Below are positions 26,101 through 39,100 of a stretch of DNA of 64,000 bases, piece after piece. The stretch is from Macrostomum lignano (Eukaryota): NCBI GenBank assembly GCA_002269645.1, contig NIVC01001268.1:19609-83608 (forward strand), written 5' to 3'. A program made the translations under genes and the position numbers. Each line of letters starts with the position of its first letter. The first letter of the stretch is position 1. Under the pieces are notes generated by a model. That model saw nothing but the letters and a program-made list of their open reading frames with translations, was not told where the DNA came from and made no database searches.

Positions 26101-29100
26101 GTCAATATTGACCTTGGCGCCATTTCAATATTGACTTTGGTGCTATTTCAATATTGACTTTGGTGCCATTTCAATATTGACCTTGGCGTCATTTCAATAT
26201 TGACTTTGGTGCCATTTCAATATTGACCTTGGCGCCATTTCAATATTAACCTTGGCGCCCTCCCTACAGAACCCACAGCGCCCCCCTCCAAAGCAATCCC
26301 TGCACCTACTTGACTCCGAGTCCCAGCTGGAACACGAACAGCGCCTCCAGACCGAGGCAAACCAGCAGGGACACCAGGTGCATGAACAGGGTGGGGAAAA
26401 CCCGTTGCAGGCAGTCCATGTACGCCATCTGGACTCGATAGATCAGCACGCACAGACAGCCGGGCATCAGGATGGTGATGAAGGTCTGCGAGCCGCTGGG
26501 TCATTGGGAAAGGGGGTATTAAAAGAGGGGATATTAATTTTCAGTCAGAAATGACTGGGTCAGAAATGGTGTACGTTTCAGATAGTGAGAGAGAGAGAAA
26601 TACAGGTGAGAGATAGACAGGTGAGAGATAGACAGGTAAGAAATAAACAGGTGAGTAATAGACAGGTGAGAGATAGACACGCGAGAGATAGACAGGTGAG
26701 AGATAGACAGGTGAGAGATAGACAGGTGAGAGATAAACAGGTGAGAGATGGACAGGTGAGAGATAGACAGGTGAGAGATGGACAGGTGAGAGATAGACAG
26801 GTGAGAGATAGACAGGTGAGAGATGGACAGGTGAGAGATGGACAGGTGAGAGATAGACAGGTGAGAGATAGACAGGTGAGAGATGGACAGGTGAGAGATG
26901 GACAGGTGAGAGATAGACAGATGAGAGATAGACAGGTGAGAGATGGACAGGTAAGAGATAGACAGGTGAGAGATAGACAGGTGAGAGATAAACAGGTGAG
27001 AGATGGACAGGTGAGAGATAGACAGGTGAGAGATGGACAGGTGAGAGATAGACAGGTGAGAGATAGACAGATGAGAGATAGACAGATGAGAGATGGACAG
27101 GTGAGAGATAGACAGGTGAGAAATAGACAGGCGAGAGATACAAAGCCGCTACCAAGGAGGACAAAGACACTTCCAGTGATCAAGGGCGCCGAGGCCAAGA
27201 TGTCACATATCTCTCTTCATGAGAGATCAATCATGAAGTTGAGCCTGCAATTCACTCACATGGCAATCCCTGCATCCTGGCCGATCAGCACCAGCAGTTT
27301 GGCACAATTAACAGCGAGGCCGCAGCTTACGATCCACATGCACACTGCCGCAGTGATGGCTGCAGTCAAGCATTAATTATTAGGATATGTACGATTAATA
27401 CACTGCTAGATACGTCTGGACTATTAGGAAGGCCCAGTAAATTCCAAACACACCATTGAAAAGTCAAAACAGAGACTCACAGCGCTGAACAATGACACCT
27501 GCTCGCTTCTTCTTTGAGCTGCCGAGCGCTTGCGACAGAAATGTGAGACAGGACCAGCGGAGACCGTTCTCGATTGGCACCACCACCAGCTGGAACACCT
27601 GTATAAATTACGGTTGGTGTGGAACGTATACTGCCTTTCGCATTCCTGCCCGTCACATCCCCTGCCATTCACATCCCCTGCCATTCACATCCCCTGCTAT
27701 TCACATCCCCTGCCATTCACATCCCCTGCCATTCACATCCCCTGCCATTCACATCCCCTGCCATTCACATCCCCTGCCATTCATATCCCCTGCCATTCAC
27801 ATCCCCTGCCATTCACATCCCTTGCGTTGCCATAGTTACCGAGACAGCCAAGCTCGCGATGTCCAAGGCTTCAATGCCCAGAGCTCCGCAGAAGGCCAGA
27901 GTTGCGGGGTACATCAGGGCGTACAGCAGCACTGAAACCGTCTGCATAGAGGGTAGGTAGTGTTGGAGCTGTGATACGATATGGAAGTGCTAGGCTAATG
28001 TCTAACAGTTGAGGCTAATGTCTAACAGTTGAGGCTACTGTCTAACAAGTTAGGCTGCTGTCTAACAGGTTAGGCTACTGTCTAACTTGCTAGGCTTCTG
28101 TCTAACAGGTTAGGCTACTGTCTAACTTGCTAAGCTTCTGTCTAACAGGTTAGGCTACTGTCTAACAGGTTAGGCTGCTGTCTAACAGGTTAGGCTACTG
28201 TCTAACTTGCTAGGCTTCTGTCTAACAGGTTGGACTACTGTCTAACAGGTTAGGCTAATGTCTAACAGGTCACGCTATTGTCTAACAGGTTAGGCTACTG
28301 TCTAACTTGCTAGGCTACTGTCTAACAGGTTAGGCTACTGTCTAACTTGCTAGGCTTCTGTCTAACAGGTTAGGCTGCTGTCTAACAGGTTAGGCTGCTG
28401 TCTAACAGGTTAGGCTACTGTCTAACTTGCTAGGCTTCTGTCTAACAGGTTGGACTACTGTCTAACAGGTTAGGCTAATGTCTAACAGGTCACGCTATTG
28501 TCTAACAGGTTAGGCTACTGTCTAACTTGCTAGGCTTCTGTCTAACAGGTTAGGCTACTGTCTAACTTGCTAGGCTTCTGTCTAACAGGTTAGGCTGCTG
28601 TCTAACAGGTTAGGCTACTGTCTAACTTGCTAGGCTTCTGTCTAACAGATAAGGCTACTGTCTAACAGGTTAAGCTACTGTCTAACTTGCTAGGCTTCTG
28701 TCTAACAGGTTGGGCTACTGTCTAACAGGTTAGGCTGCTGTCTAACAGGTTAGGCTACTGTCTAACTTGCTAGGCTTCTGTCTAACAGGTTGGACTACTG
28801 TCTAACAGGTTAGGCTAATGTCTAACAGGTCACGCTATTGTCTAACAGGTTAGGCTACTGTCTAACTTGCTAGGCTTCTGTCTAACAGGTTAGGCTACTG
28901 TCTAACTTGCTAGGCTTCTGTCTAACAGGTTAGGCTGCTGTCTAACAGGTTAGGCTACTGTCTAACTTGCTAGGCTTCTGTCTAACAGATAAGGCTACTG
29001 TCTAACAGGTTAAGCTACTGTCTAACTTGCTAGGCTTCTGTCTAACAGGTTGGGCTACTGTCTAACAGGTTAGGCTACTGTCTAACAGGTTAGGCTACTG

Positions 29101-29228
29101 TCTAACAGGTTAGGCTACTGTCTAACAGGTTAGGCTACTGTCTAACATAACAAAATTCTCACCATTGGCCATCCCAATTTGACCAGCGTGACCAGCTCAA
29201 ACTTGTACTCGCTCCACTCGATTCCCAT
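20140..29228 (-). CDS. SLC47A1: MATE/SLC47-family transporter, copy A; 9 exons (complement): 29163-29228, 27840-27941, 27481-27598, 27260-27359, 26310-26495, 25817-25914, 24915-25205, 21078-21515, 20140-20447; 568 aa
   Basis: Exons sum to 1707 nt with all phases matching. Motifs ELVTLVKLGWP, LAFCGALG, SQALGS...GVIVQR, TWP|GWSMRCF, ELAAQGI, RIGRYMGA, ALRG, GLWSGY, plus an extra C-terminal TM as in animal MATEs. Symbol is family-level. Confidence 0.92.
20455..21030. repeat. 24-bp minisatellite GAGGTGTCAGGGGATGGGCACACT, MATE-A intron 8
   Basis: Seen directly; a shorter homolog lies at 36505-36830 in copy B. Confidence 0.95.
21900..24830 (+). mobile_element. Degenerate Ty3/gypsy LTR-retrotransposon remnant (gag knuckle, protease, RT, RNase H) in MATE-A intron 7
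   Basis: CGKTCSECTKP knuckle at ~22090; LDTGAAVTVIS protease at ~22300; PVVRVEKKDGSLSMC and FQRTME..IYQDDV RT; VNFFGRLIPNFA and TTDAPKGALAGV RNase H. Many stops and frameshifts; ends uncertain. Confidence 0.85.
23025..24108 (-). mobile_element. Mariner (Tc1/mariner) transposon, deletion derivative
   Basis: ~32-bp TIRs CGAGGGTCACTCCGAAAGT(T/C)TTTAGAATGGAA flanked by TA (23023-24, 24109-10). Transposase 23934 to ~23095 with WVPHSL, GDETW and HQDNA, truncated at HPPY (third Asp missing), with an internal stop and a frameshift. Confidence 0.93.
25225..25700. repeat. 20-bp minisatellite GGGATCTGGGATCAGCTTGG, MATE-A intron 6
   Basis: Seen directly; a shorter homolog lies at 40050-40200. Confidence 0.95.
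26090..26255. repeat. 23-bp repeat ATTTCAATATTGACCTTGGCGCC, MATE-A intron 5
   Basis: About 6 copies; only a single partial unit in copy B (~40490). Confidence 0.9.
26600..27140. repeat. 15-bp minisatellite GACAGGTGAGAGATA/G, MATE-A intron 4
   Basis: Seen directly. Confidence 0.95.
27650..27822. repeat. 16-bp repeat CACATCCCCTGCCATT, MATE-A intron 2
   Basis: Seen directly; homolog at 43612-43890. Confidence 0.95.
27990..29146. repeat. 20-bp minisatellite GTCTAACAGGTTAGGCTACT with higher-order structure, MATE-A intron 1
   Basis: Exact 20-bp period; variant units recur at 340-bp spacing. Confidence 0.97.
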
Positions 29229-29789
29229 GGGAGGATCTGTTCCGAGTTTATCTATTTAATTTTAAGTGTATTTTTCCTACTCAGTTGCAGGAAAAGTTTT
29301 TCGCGAACTAACTGAATGTATTAACACCAAAGTTACATGCTACTGATTCCAGTTTGCGGTCAGTTGCCAATGCTTGGAAAGATTTAAGAATTCAAGAGCA
29401 TAAATTCTCTCAGTTTGCCTATTTTGTGTACGTGTAAGTCAGCTCAATCTGACACTGTTATCTCTCACTGCACAGCTATAGAAGTACTTGCAGAATGTGC
29501 TCATTTCCATTGCTGCAAACTTCAGTGAAACAAAAAGTTAAACGATAGTGTCAGACAGCTCAAAAGAAGTCGCTCGCCCTGTGCAGTCTGTCAGTGTCAT
29601 TAAATCTGAGCAGTGGCGCAATGGCTGCACTTTGGACTGACACAGTTTTACTTACTTTACACTAAGCATACGAAGTACACGCAATGACGTGGGCTGCATG
29701 TACATGCCAGTGTGACGCAGTTGAGCTGATCACACCACCGATGAGGCTGGAATTCTGTGTACACTTCTGATTTTCTAAAACTGCAGGAG

Positions 29790-31510
29790 AGATGAATGAG
29801 AAGAGATGGGGAAATGGGGAGGACAGATGGGAAGGAGAGATGGGAAGGGGAGATGGGAAGGAGAGATGGGAAGGAGAGATGGGAAGGAGAGATGGGAAGG
29901 GGAGATGGGGATGAGAGATGAGAAGGAGAGATGGGAAGGAGAGATGGTAAGGGGAGAAGGGAAGATGGGAAGGAGAGATGGAAGGAGATATGAAAGGAGA
30001 GATGGGAAGGAGAGATGGGAAGGAGAGATGGGAAGGAGAGATGGGAAGGAGAGATAGGAAGGAGAGATGGGAAGGGGAGATGGGGAGGAGAGATGGGAAG
30101 GAGAGATGGGAAGGGTAGAAGGGGAGATGGGAAGGAGAGATGGAAGGAGATATGAAAGGAGAGATGGGAAGGAGAGATGGGAAGGAGAAATGGGAAGGAG
30201 AGATGGGAAGGGGAGAAGGGGAGATGGGAAGGAGAGATGGAAGGAGATATGAAAGGGAGATGGGAAGGAGAGATGGGAAGGAGAAATGGGAAGGAGAGAT
30301 GGGAAGGGGAGAAGGGGAGATGGGAAGGAGAAATGGGAAGGAGAGATGGGAAGGAGAGATGGGAAGGAGAGATGGGGAGGAGAGATGGGAAGGAGAGATG
30401 GGGAGATGGGAAGGAGAGATGGGAAGGAGAGATGGGAAGGAGAGATGGGAAGGAGAGATGGAAGGAGATATGAAAGGAGAGATGGGAAGGAGAGATGGGA
30501 AGGAGAAATGGGAAGGAGAGATGGGAAGGGGAGAAGGGGAGATGGGAAGGAGAGATGGAAGGAGATATGAAAGGGAGATGGGAAGGAGAGATGGGAAGGA
30601 GAGATGGGAAGGAGAGATGGGAAGGAGAGATGGAAGGAGATATGAAAGGAGAGATGGGAAGGAGAGATGGGAAGGAGAAATGGGAAGGAGAGATGGGAAG
30701 GGGAGAAGGGGAGATGGGAAGGAGAGATGGAAGGAGATATGAAAGGGAGATGGGAAGGAGAGATGGGAAGGAGAAATGGGAAGGAGAGATGGGAAGGGGA
30801 GATGGGAAGGAGAGATGGGAAGGAGAAATGGGAAGGAGAGATGGGAAGGAGAGATGGGAAGGAGAGATGGGAAGGAGAGATGGGGAGGAGAGATGGGAAG
30901 GAGAGATGGGAAGGAGAGATGGGAAGGGGAGATGGGGAGGAGAGATGGGAAGGAGAGATGGGAAGGAGAGATGGGAAGGAGAAATGGGAAGGAGAGATGG
31001 GAAGGAGAGATGGGAAGGAGAGATGGGGAGGAGAGATGGGAAGGAGAGATGGGAAGGAGAGATGGGAAGGGGAGATGGGAAGGAGAGATGGGAAGGAGAG
31101 ATGGGGAGGAGAGATGGGAAGGAGAGATGGGAAGGAGAGATGGGAAGGGGAGATGGGGAGGAGAGATGGGAAGGAGAGATGGGAAGGAGAGATGGGAAGG
31201 AGAAATGGGAAGGAGAGATGGGAAGGAGAGATGGGAAGGAGAGATGGGGAGGAGAGATGGGAAGGAGAGATGGGAAGGAGAGATGGGAAGGGGAGATGGG
31301 GAGGAGAGATGGGAAGGAGAGATGGGAAGGAGAGATGGGAAGGAGAGATGGGAAGGGGAGATGGGGAGGAGAGATGGGAAGGAGAGATGGGAAGGAGAGA
31401 TGGGGAGGAGAGATGGGAAGGAGAGATGGGAAGGAGAGATGGGAAGGGGAGATGGGGAGGAGAGATGGGAAGGAGAGATGGGAAGGGGAGATGGGGAGGA
31501 GAGATGTAAA
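29790..31510. repeat. Purine-rich 13-bp minisatellite GGGAAGGAGAGAT
   Basis: About 1.7 kb; source of all ORFs 29662-31676. Confidence 0.97.
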
Positions 31511-34122
31511 GGAGAGTCACTTAGAATGTAGGAAACGCTCTGATTCACAGAGCAACGGAGCTTTCCCCAAAGACAAGAAGCACACCTGCCATAGTACGAG
31601 CGAGTCATCACAGCATCCCATTATTCCACATCAGATTGTTTGTGAAAGAAACCTTCTCAGTAAAAATACCTGTTGAAAGTCTTGCTAGACAGGTTGTCCA
31701 CCATACTGACCTTCGCTGCAAACTGAACGCCTCAACCGTCTCGAACTTTCTGAATCTGTTGAAACTGGTTTCAAAGTACCCTTCGTTTATTGGCTTCCTC
31801 GCCAATAGCAGCCCCCCCCCCCACTTTACCGGGAAATCAGCGAAGGAGGTTCCCCCCGGACTTAAAAGTCATAACATGAACTTTTTGGCGCGTGAGAACC
31901 AGAAACTGGTGGAGGATTTGCAACCTGGAGGCACCAGAGAACAGAGCGATTCAGGGGCTTAAGAGAAACAGGTCCGTCCTAATCAAAAAGGGAGACAAAG
32001 GTAACGCAGTAGTCAGGGGGGGGGCGTAGCCCAGCGGTAGCCCAGCTGCTCTGGTGTGCCAGCGACCCAGGCTCGATTCCAAGTGCAGTCGCATTAATTT
32101 GGGGCTGAATTGGAATCTCGGCTTGGATCTGCTCGTGCAATTAACGGCCTTGAGAGCCAACCCCCCAAGGCACAGTGAAGTGTACATGCCTGACGATAAA
32201 ATAAAGTTAGGGCCGCTGTACACTCCTGTGTGAGTGTGTGCCTGCGTACGTATCCGCGCGCTTGTGTGCCTGCTCAGGGAAGTCGGCGGAATGGGCAGCA
32301 ATGCCTCTCGCCGGTTGTGTGCCTATGTCGCTTAAAGTGCGCCAGTGTGCACACAACCCCCCTGCCTCTAATAAAAAACACAGTAGTCATCATGCACCCT
32401 ACGGATTATAAATTTGCAGCTTAAAACCAATTGCTTAACACTAATGCCTAACAACAGCTGGACCAGCCACTGCAACCCGAGACTGCGGAAATTATCAGGG
32501 GATCTTCCTCGATTCACGTAACAAAAAGTTCATACCAGAGAAACAGTTCTCCTATCTTAGTCCCGGGAAGGATTTTCGTCACCGGCATTTCTATACCTGC
32601 TCCCAAAAATTCACAAGTACCCGACCACCTGGCTGATCCCTTTCCGGGTCCCAGCAGACAGACCTATTGTTAGCGGATGCAGTTCTGAGGCCATCGGGGG
32701 CAGAAAAATATACATCGATATTTTCTTAAACCGATTACCCAAGCGCAACCCACTTTCATTAAGGACTCCTACATGTATGACTCCTATGTACAGAAGGATC
32801 GATTCTGGCTACCTGTGATGTCCAGAGCCTAATACTCCATGATCCCCATAGACCAGGGATTGCAGCGATCCAGGTATTCTTTAACTGATACCCAGACCCT
32901 ACCAGACCGGATGCTGAGATAATAAAGCTACAGGAACTGTGTTTGTGCAGGAATCAATTCTTCTTCTTCTCCCACCTCGCCGTCAGCATCCGAATCAATA
33001 TTAGCATCAGAATCGTTGCTTTTTGGAGGACTGCTCATTCTTCTGATGTCTTTGCCTTTTTTCAATGCGAGGTCGCTTACCAGCTGGCTCCAGTACAACA
33101 AAGATCGTTGCTGTTTTGGGCTTCATTGATGCCCGCAATTACCTGCCTTAGCGACTCATGCGTGGTGACCTGTTCGTCAGCTGTCAGCTGACGAGCCTTT
33201 TGCATCACCATCCGCCTCACGTTGCGCATGCGATTATCACCACTGGGCAGTTATAGATGACCACAGTGGGTCCTGAATCCGCTCACCTTGGCCGCGTTCT
33301 TCCACTACAGCTATCGTGTTGGGCCGTTAGCTGACCCAACACAACTTTGTTTATTATTTATTTTCAATAGTTTTTATAGTATACTGGCGTTTCAGTGTTT
33401 ACCTCGCAATAACGCCAACATTGACAATACCCCCCCCCCCAATTGCGAACCCTTCACACCCAAACCCAAATACTCATGGCCCCACCCCAACCCAACCCTC
33501 CTCAATACGATTGACGATCTGAGTTAGTTTACATAGATTAAACCGTCAGTACATTTATATGCTCTTTGTAAAACATTGCGCTTGTAAACATGTTTGTGGG
33601 AACTAAAAAGTTCATTTAGCGCTGCTACATACACCAAAAGTGTTCGCAGAACTTTATAGGTTGTTTTTTTGTTTTCGCCCTCCAGCTAGCCCCACCCCCG
33701 TCCATTGCCCACCCTCCCCGCACTTAACGGGTTTTGTTATCTGTTTGTACCTGACCAACCTCTAATTATCACAATACTCCCCGCGGGACTCCAACCCCCC
33801 CCCAAGAAATTAGACGCGATTACTGATTATTTCATTCAAAGTTTCAGTTATTACTATTGAGTAAGATCTTTTGAATATGCATACAATTATTAATAAATGG
33901 ATAGACAAACTATTTTTACGACGTAGTAACAGTGGCTTATTCAAAAGCAATTGCTTTTTCTAAGTGCATTTTGTTGTGCTTGAACAGAGTGGCGAGGTAG
34001 GAATGATATACGTTTGTGCAGCCCCTAAAATTCTTCAAACTTTCTCAGACATATTGTATCGATAATATTCCACAGGGGGTGCTGCTTAGTGCTTACCATT
34101 CATCTGACCAACCCCATGCTAG

Positions 34123-34668
34123 GCGCGCTGGGCCTCTCTAATTTCTCCAGTTCAACCGACCCGACTCGCACCCCTACCCCCTCACCCTGTTCATTGCGTG
34201 CTGGGCCTCTCTAATTTTTCCACTTTAACCAACCCGACTCGCACCCCTACCCCCTCACCCTGTTCATTGCGTGCTGGGCCTCTCTAATTTCTCCAGTTTA
34301 ATCAACATGACTCGCACCCCTACCCCCTCACCCTGTTCATTGCGTGCTGGGCCTCTCTAATTTCTCCAGTTTAATCAACATGACTCGCACCCCTACCCCC
34401 TCACCTTGTTTATTGCGCGCTGGCCTCCAGTTTAACCAACCCGACTCGCACCCCTACCCCTTCACCCTGTTCATTGCGCGCTAGGCCTCTCCAATTTCTT
34501 CAGTTCAACCAACCCGACTCGCACCCTTACCCCCTCACCCAGTTCATTGCGCGCTGGGCCTCTCCAATTTCTTCAGTTCAACCAACCCGACTCGCACCCT
34601 TACCCCCTCACCCTGTTCATTGCGAGCTAGGCCTCTCCAATTTCTTCAGTTCAACCAACCCGACCTGC
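34123..34668. repeat. 72-bp tandem repeat (GCGCGCTGGGCCTCTCTAATTTCTCCAGTTCAACC...CCCTCACCCTGTTCATT)
   Basis: About 7.5 copies, one internally deleted. Confidence 0.93.
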
Positions 34669-34999
34669 TAACTTTCCAGCCGACCCACCCCAACTCCTTG
34701 CACCGCCTCACCTCCACCACTCCCATCGCCACTCTGCCCTCCTATCTCCGCACTGTTCGGCGGGGTTCTGCTACAGCTAACCCATACTACTGAAGATATT
34801 TCTTAGAATCTGCAAGAGAGGTACTAAAACTTATAAACAGGCTTACAGGACCAACGATTAATCTAGGTCGGGTTCCCAAAGGGTTCCATCCCTGTGGCTG
34901 TGGGTCAGCGCCGTTGCTAATGCTGCGCCCATTCACCGCGCACGCTTTCTCCGCCCAGGGACTGCGACCGGCTTCAGTTATTTTTCAGTTTCTCAGAGC

Positions 35000-35310
35000 C
35001 TGTCCTGCGGCTCCACGAGCATCATCTATGGCATCTCCTGTAACCAGTGCCACCATAAGAAAATCCTCTATGTAGAGATGACAAAAGGACGATGAGAGAA
35101 AGAATGAACCAGCATAGGTCACATATTAACAGCAACAGAAGAGTTGTTACCTCGGGGTCAGCGCACTTTCTCACCCCCAACCACTCGATTGCAAGCATTG
35201 TCACCATTGCTATTGAGCAAGTTCTAAATAACAACAAAATCGAACTAAAGAAATAAGTCTGGATTAAAAAACTGGAGACTGACAAACAACCGGGTACGAA
35301 TATCAGGGTT
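35000..35310 (+). mobile_element. Penelope-like retroelement GIY-YIG endonuclease remnant
   Basis: Across one frameshift and a stop: CGSTSIIYGISCNQC..LYVEMTK/TMRERMNQHRSHIN...AHF...NHS...IAIEQV...WIKKLET, matching the PLE GIY-YIG pattern. Confidence 0.72.
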
Positions 35311-36192
35311 GACAACCATCTTCTCCGGCCCATCTCACTGGTCCTTCCTTTTCAACCCATCTTCGGTCTGGCTCTCCAACTTCAAAACCCGCATTTCATT
35401 TAACCGTTGTATTTTTAAAAACACTCTTTTTTAATACACCAAATACTCTGTCAATAAAAATAACTGGTTGAAAGCCTCTGGGACAAGGTAGAGCTAAATA
35501 GAACAGATCATTAGATGCACAACCATCATACATACAGCTCTCACCGATTTTATTAGACTGACAAATCATACTTAAAAGTCATATTTGCATTGCATTATAC
35601 GCTAATTTTTGGCCTGACAAAGAGCCCAGAGGCTTGAAAGCGGTTGCCAATTTTAGAAGTGTTGTGATTCGAAAAAATTAAGTCGTAATAATTGAATTTT
35701 ATTTGTTATAACGAAGAGAAGGGAAAATACATGTACTTCAGGGCATTATTAAATATTACTGAGTGAGACAATAGATAATTAAAATATCAATCCTAACTAG
35801 CACAAGAACTCCGAGTGTAAAAAGGAAGTCAATACGCCGTGACCTCTCCACTTCTCTCCCCTCTCCTCTCTGTAGTACATGTATGTATAGTGGATATCTG
35901 GTTTCTCTCTGTATTGAATCTACTCCGCAAGCAATCTGTAAAGAAAGTATTCGTTATAAACAAATAAAAAAATATTAAATTAGTATTCATTGCACTTTTG
36001 AAAAATAAATATTATTTCTGTATTTTTATAAAAAAACTACGCTTGCCGTGCGAACTTTATTAATTCATTGATTAACTGCGAAGCTACTAATGAGTAGTAC
36101 ATTTCAGTATTTGTGAGTCACGTCTAGTTTAAAATAGGATCCTTTGAGATAAAATGTGAAACACAATGAGAGCGCAATCGAGTTATGGCTGG

Positions 36193-39100
36193 TTACCATA
36201 GCAACACGTTGACAGCGTCGCTTGGACTCGGTGCGGTAGTGAAGTTTCCTGGAAACTCTGTTGCGACGGTGGTGCCGTTGGAGTCCTCGTGGTGGATCTG
36301 CGGCTCGGGCACCGTGAGCCTGATGAGCACAGCCAGAACTATATAGCTGATGAGCAGTATGGCCGCTGGGATTTTCGATTTGAGCACTTTGCTGATGGAA
36401 ATTCGCTTGTTGTCCAAGTTTGCGGATGTCCCTGCAGCTACTGAGTTGTCTGGCACGAGCTGGTCGAAGCTTCTCTGAGATCGGCCGCCGGCTAGGATGG
36501 CTGCAGAGGGTGTCAGGGGATGGGCACACTGAGGTGTCAGGGGATGGGCACACTGAGGTGTCAGGGGATGGGCACACTTTGAGGTGTCATGGGATGGGTA
36601 CACTTTGAGGTGTCATGGGATGGGAACACTTTGAGGTGTCATGGGATGGGCACACTTTGAGGTGTCATGGGATGGGAACACTTTGAGGTGTCAGGGGATG
36701 GGCATGCTTTGAGGTATCAGGGGATGGGTACACTTTGGGGTGTCAGGAGATGGGCACACTTTGAGGTGTCAGGAGATGGGCACACTGAGGTATTTAAAGG
36801 CGGCACACTTCGAGGTGTCAGGAGGCGACACACTTTCAGTTGTCAGACGACCCTGTTGTGCTCAAACAACTAAGTAGCAGCCCAGCAACTCACGCCGGGT
36901 CTCATCGTGAGTAATAAATCCTTCAACGTCGGTCTCGCGCTCCGCGGAGCCGGACACCTTCTTGGACACGCCGGTCCAGTCCAGCCTGAGAGTGATCACC
37001 AGCCCGAGGACACTCCAAGCCACGGACGCGATCAAGTAGCCGCTCCATAGGCCGAGCATCCCGATGCCCACAGCGAAGGTCAGACTGAGACCGATGGGGT
37101 GCCCGACGAACCAGAGGGACACCAGGGCAACGAACATGCATGTCTTGTGAAAGTTGCAGCCACGTAGTGCCGCTATGTGGCCCCAGGCCGATGCAACGAC
37201 GAACACGTACGGGATGACGAAGTAAATGACCTGTCTGAATACCTCAGTAGTCTCCTCGTCCGCTGAGAATATCTTTGGAATGACGTCTTTGAGAGCCAGC
37301 ATCAGAAGGGCTTCGATTAGGCCGATGAAGCCTAAAAGGTATGGAGGAAAGCGCCTTATTTAGTGAACTTCAGCGATTGATCGGCTTGAAGGATTTTTAA
37401 TGACTTATTGTGGAGGTTTACTGGGTCTGTGTGATATAATGTGCTTAATGTGTAAGCTCATGTACCTGTGGGTGATTAAGCGTGCCGAATAGGTATTAAT
37501 AGTGCGATTAGAGAATGAGATTACCCAAACGCGTGAGACCCTGCACCTCACCGTCGGACGCAATTATACGCTCGTATTTAGGCTAGAATGGAGTTGGTGC
37601 ACCAATCCCAAAATACACGCAGTAACAAACAACCTCCCCCCCCCAGACAACGACCGCACGTGCACCCTCCAGTGCACTAACAAGCCGACGACACCACTTT
37701 CCCCCTAGAAGAAAAAGACGGGGTCACGCAAAGCCCGCCATGTAAAAGTCCATTGGCCGCCGCTCCCTCGCCGACCGACGCTCCGCTGGGACCACCGGCT
37801 GTTTCACGGGCTCCTCGTCCACTTGCAACTTTCACGGGCTGCAGAGACTGCCGCTGTACGCCGCTTTGATCAACCAATTATTTTTGTGGCTGTGCGGCAT
37901 TGTCGCTGGGGTTGGCGTCGTCCACAGCGGATGGAAGCTTTAGTGATGAGTGCTGCTTCACGAAGCGCTTGAGGTGGTCATGATGCACCACCAGCCTGCA
38001 CCTGGGGGCCTTCTCGTCTTGGATTGCGATAGTTGACTTTGCCCGGGCGTCTCAGACTTCGGTACGGCCCGTTCTACTTGTCTTTTTGGCACCGCGTCTA
38101 AGACCACTGGATGGTGAAGTTTTGGAGCATCACGAGCTGGCCCTCCTCGAACGGCTCGAACCGGAATTCCTGGTTGGCAAGCCGGTTCCGCTCAACCTGT
38201 GCGCACCACAGCCGGCCATGCACCAAGTCAAAAGCGCCCTGCAGGTTCCCCTGAGTCCGCTGTAGGAAGCCGTGATGTCCGCCGTCCGTTGCTGGCCGGT
38301 CGCCATCTATCAGGCAGCTGTCAAAGACCAGCCTTACTGGCCAGCCGTGAACGATCTGTTACGGGCTGAGGCCTGTGGTGCTGTGCACCGAGGTGTTACA
38401 GGCCAAGGTGATATGCGGCAGCTTTCTGTCCCAGTTCTGCTGAGTCTTTGACACCATTTTCGCCAGCATATCACTCAGCATCCGGTTGGTTGATCGACGA
38501 TGCATAATCGATCAATGAAACGGTGACGCGCAGGTCTTCTCGATGCCCAGCCACTCGCAGAGCCAGCCGAACACCTCGATCTTGCATTGCCGCCCCAGAC
38601 CGCTGTGCAGCACCTGAGGCGTGCCGTGACGCAAAAGCACCGACTTGAGCAGTGCGTCTGCCACCGTCACCGCGTCAATCATCGCCAGAGCTGCCGTTTC
38701 CATCCACTTAGAGAAAGTGTCGCAAATGCTCATTATGTACGCATTGCCGTAGCTTATTCGCCGGAGCAGCCCTTTGATAGCGATCTGCACCAGCCACAGA
38801 GCCTTTTGTGGCTTGTTCGGGCTCTTCTTGGCGAGGCATATGGCGCAGCTAGCCACCCAGTTCTACACGTCCTGCCGCAGCTCAAGTGACCAGAAGCGCT
38901 CAAGCAGCCTCGCTGCTGTCTTGTCGACTTCAAGGTGCCTGCTCTGGTCGCACGAGTGTGCTTGGTGCAGAAAATTCAGCCACAGATGCCTGGTCGACGG
39001 AACCACGAGACACACGTTGTGCTCCAGGAGGCCTCCTCCAGCCGCTCCTGAACTTGCTCTGCCAATGAATCGGACAGGCTGTCGATGCCTTCGGCCAGGG

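Noticed and set aside
31530-31960. Possible Penelope RT C-terminal remnant (ALIHRATELS...KYPSFI)
   Set aside because: Similarity is too weak by eye and it lies 3 kb from the GIY-YIG relic.
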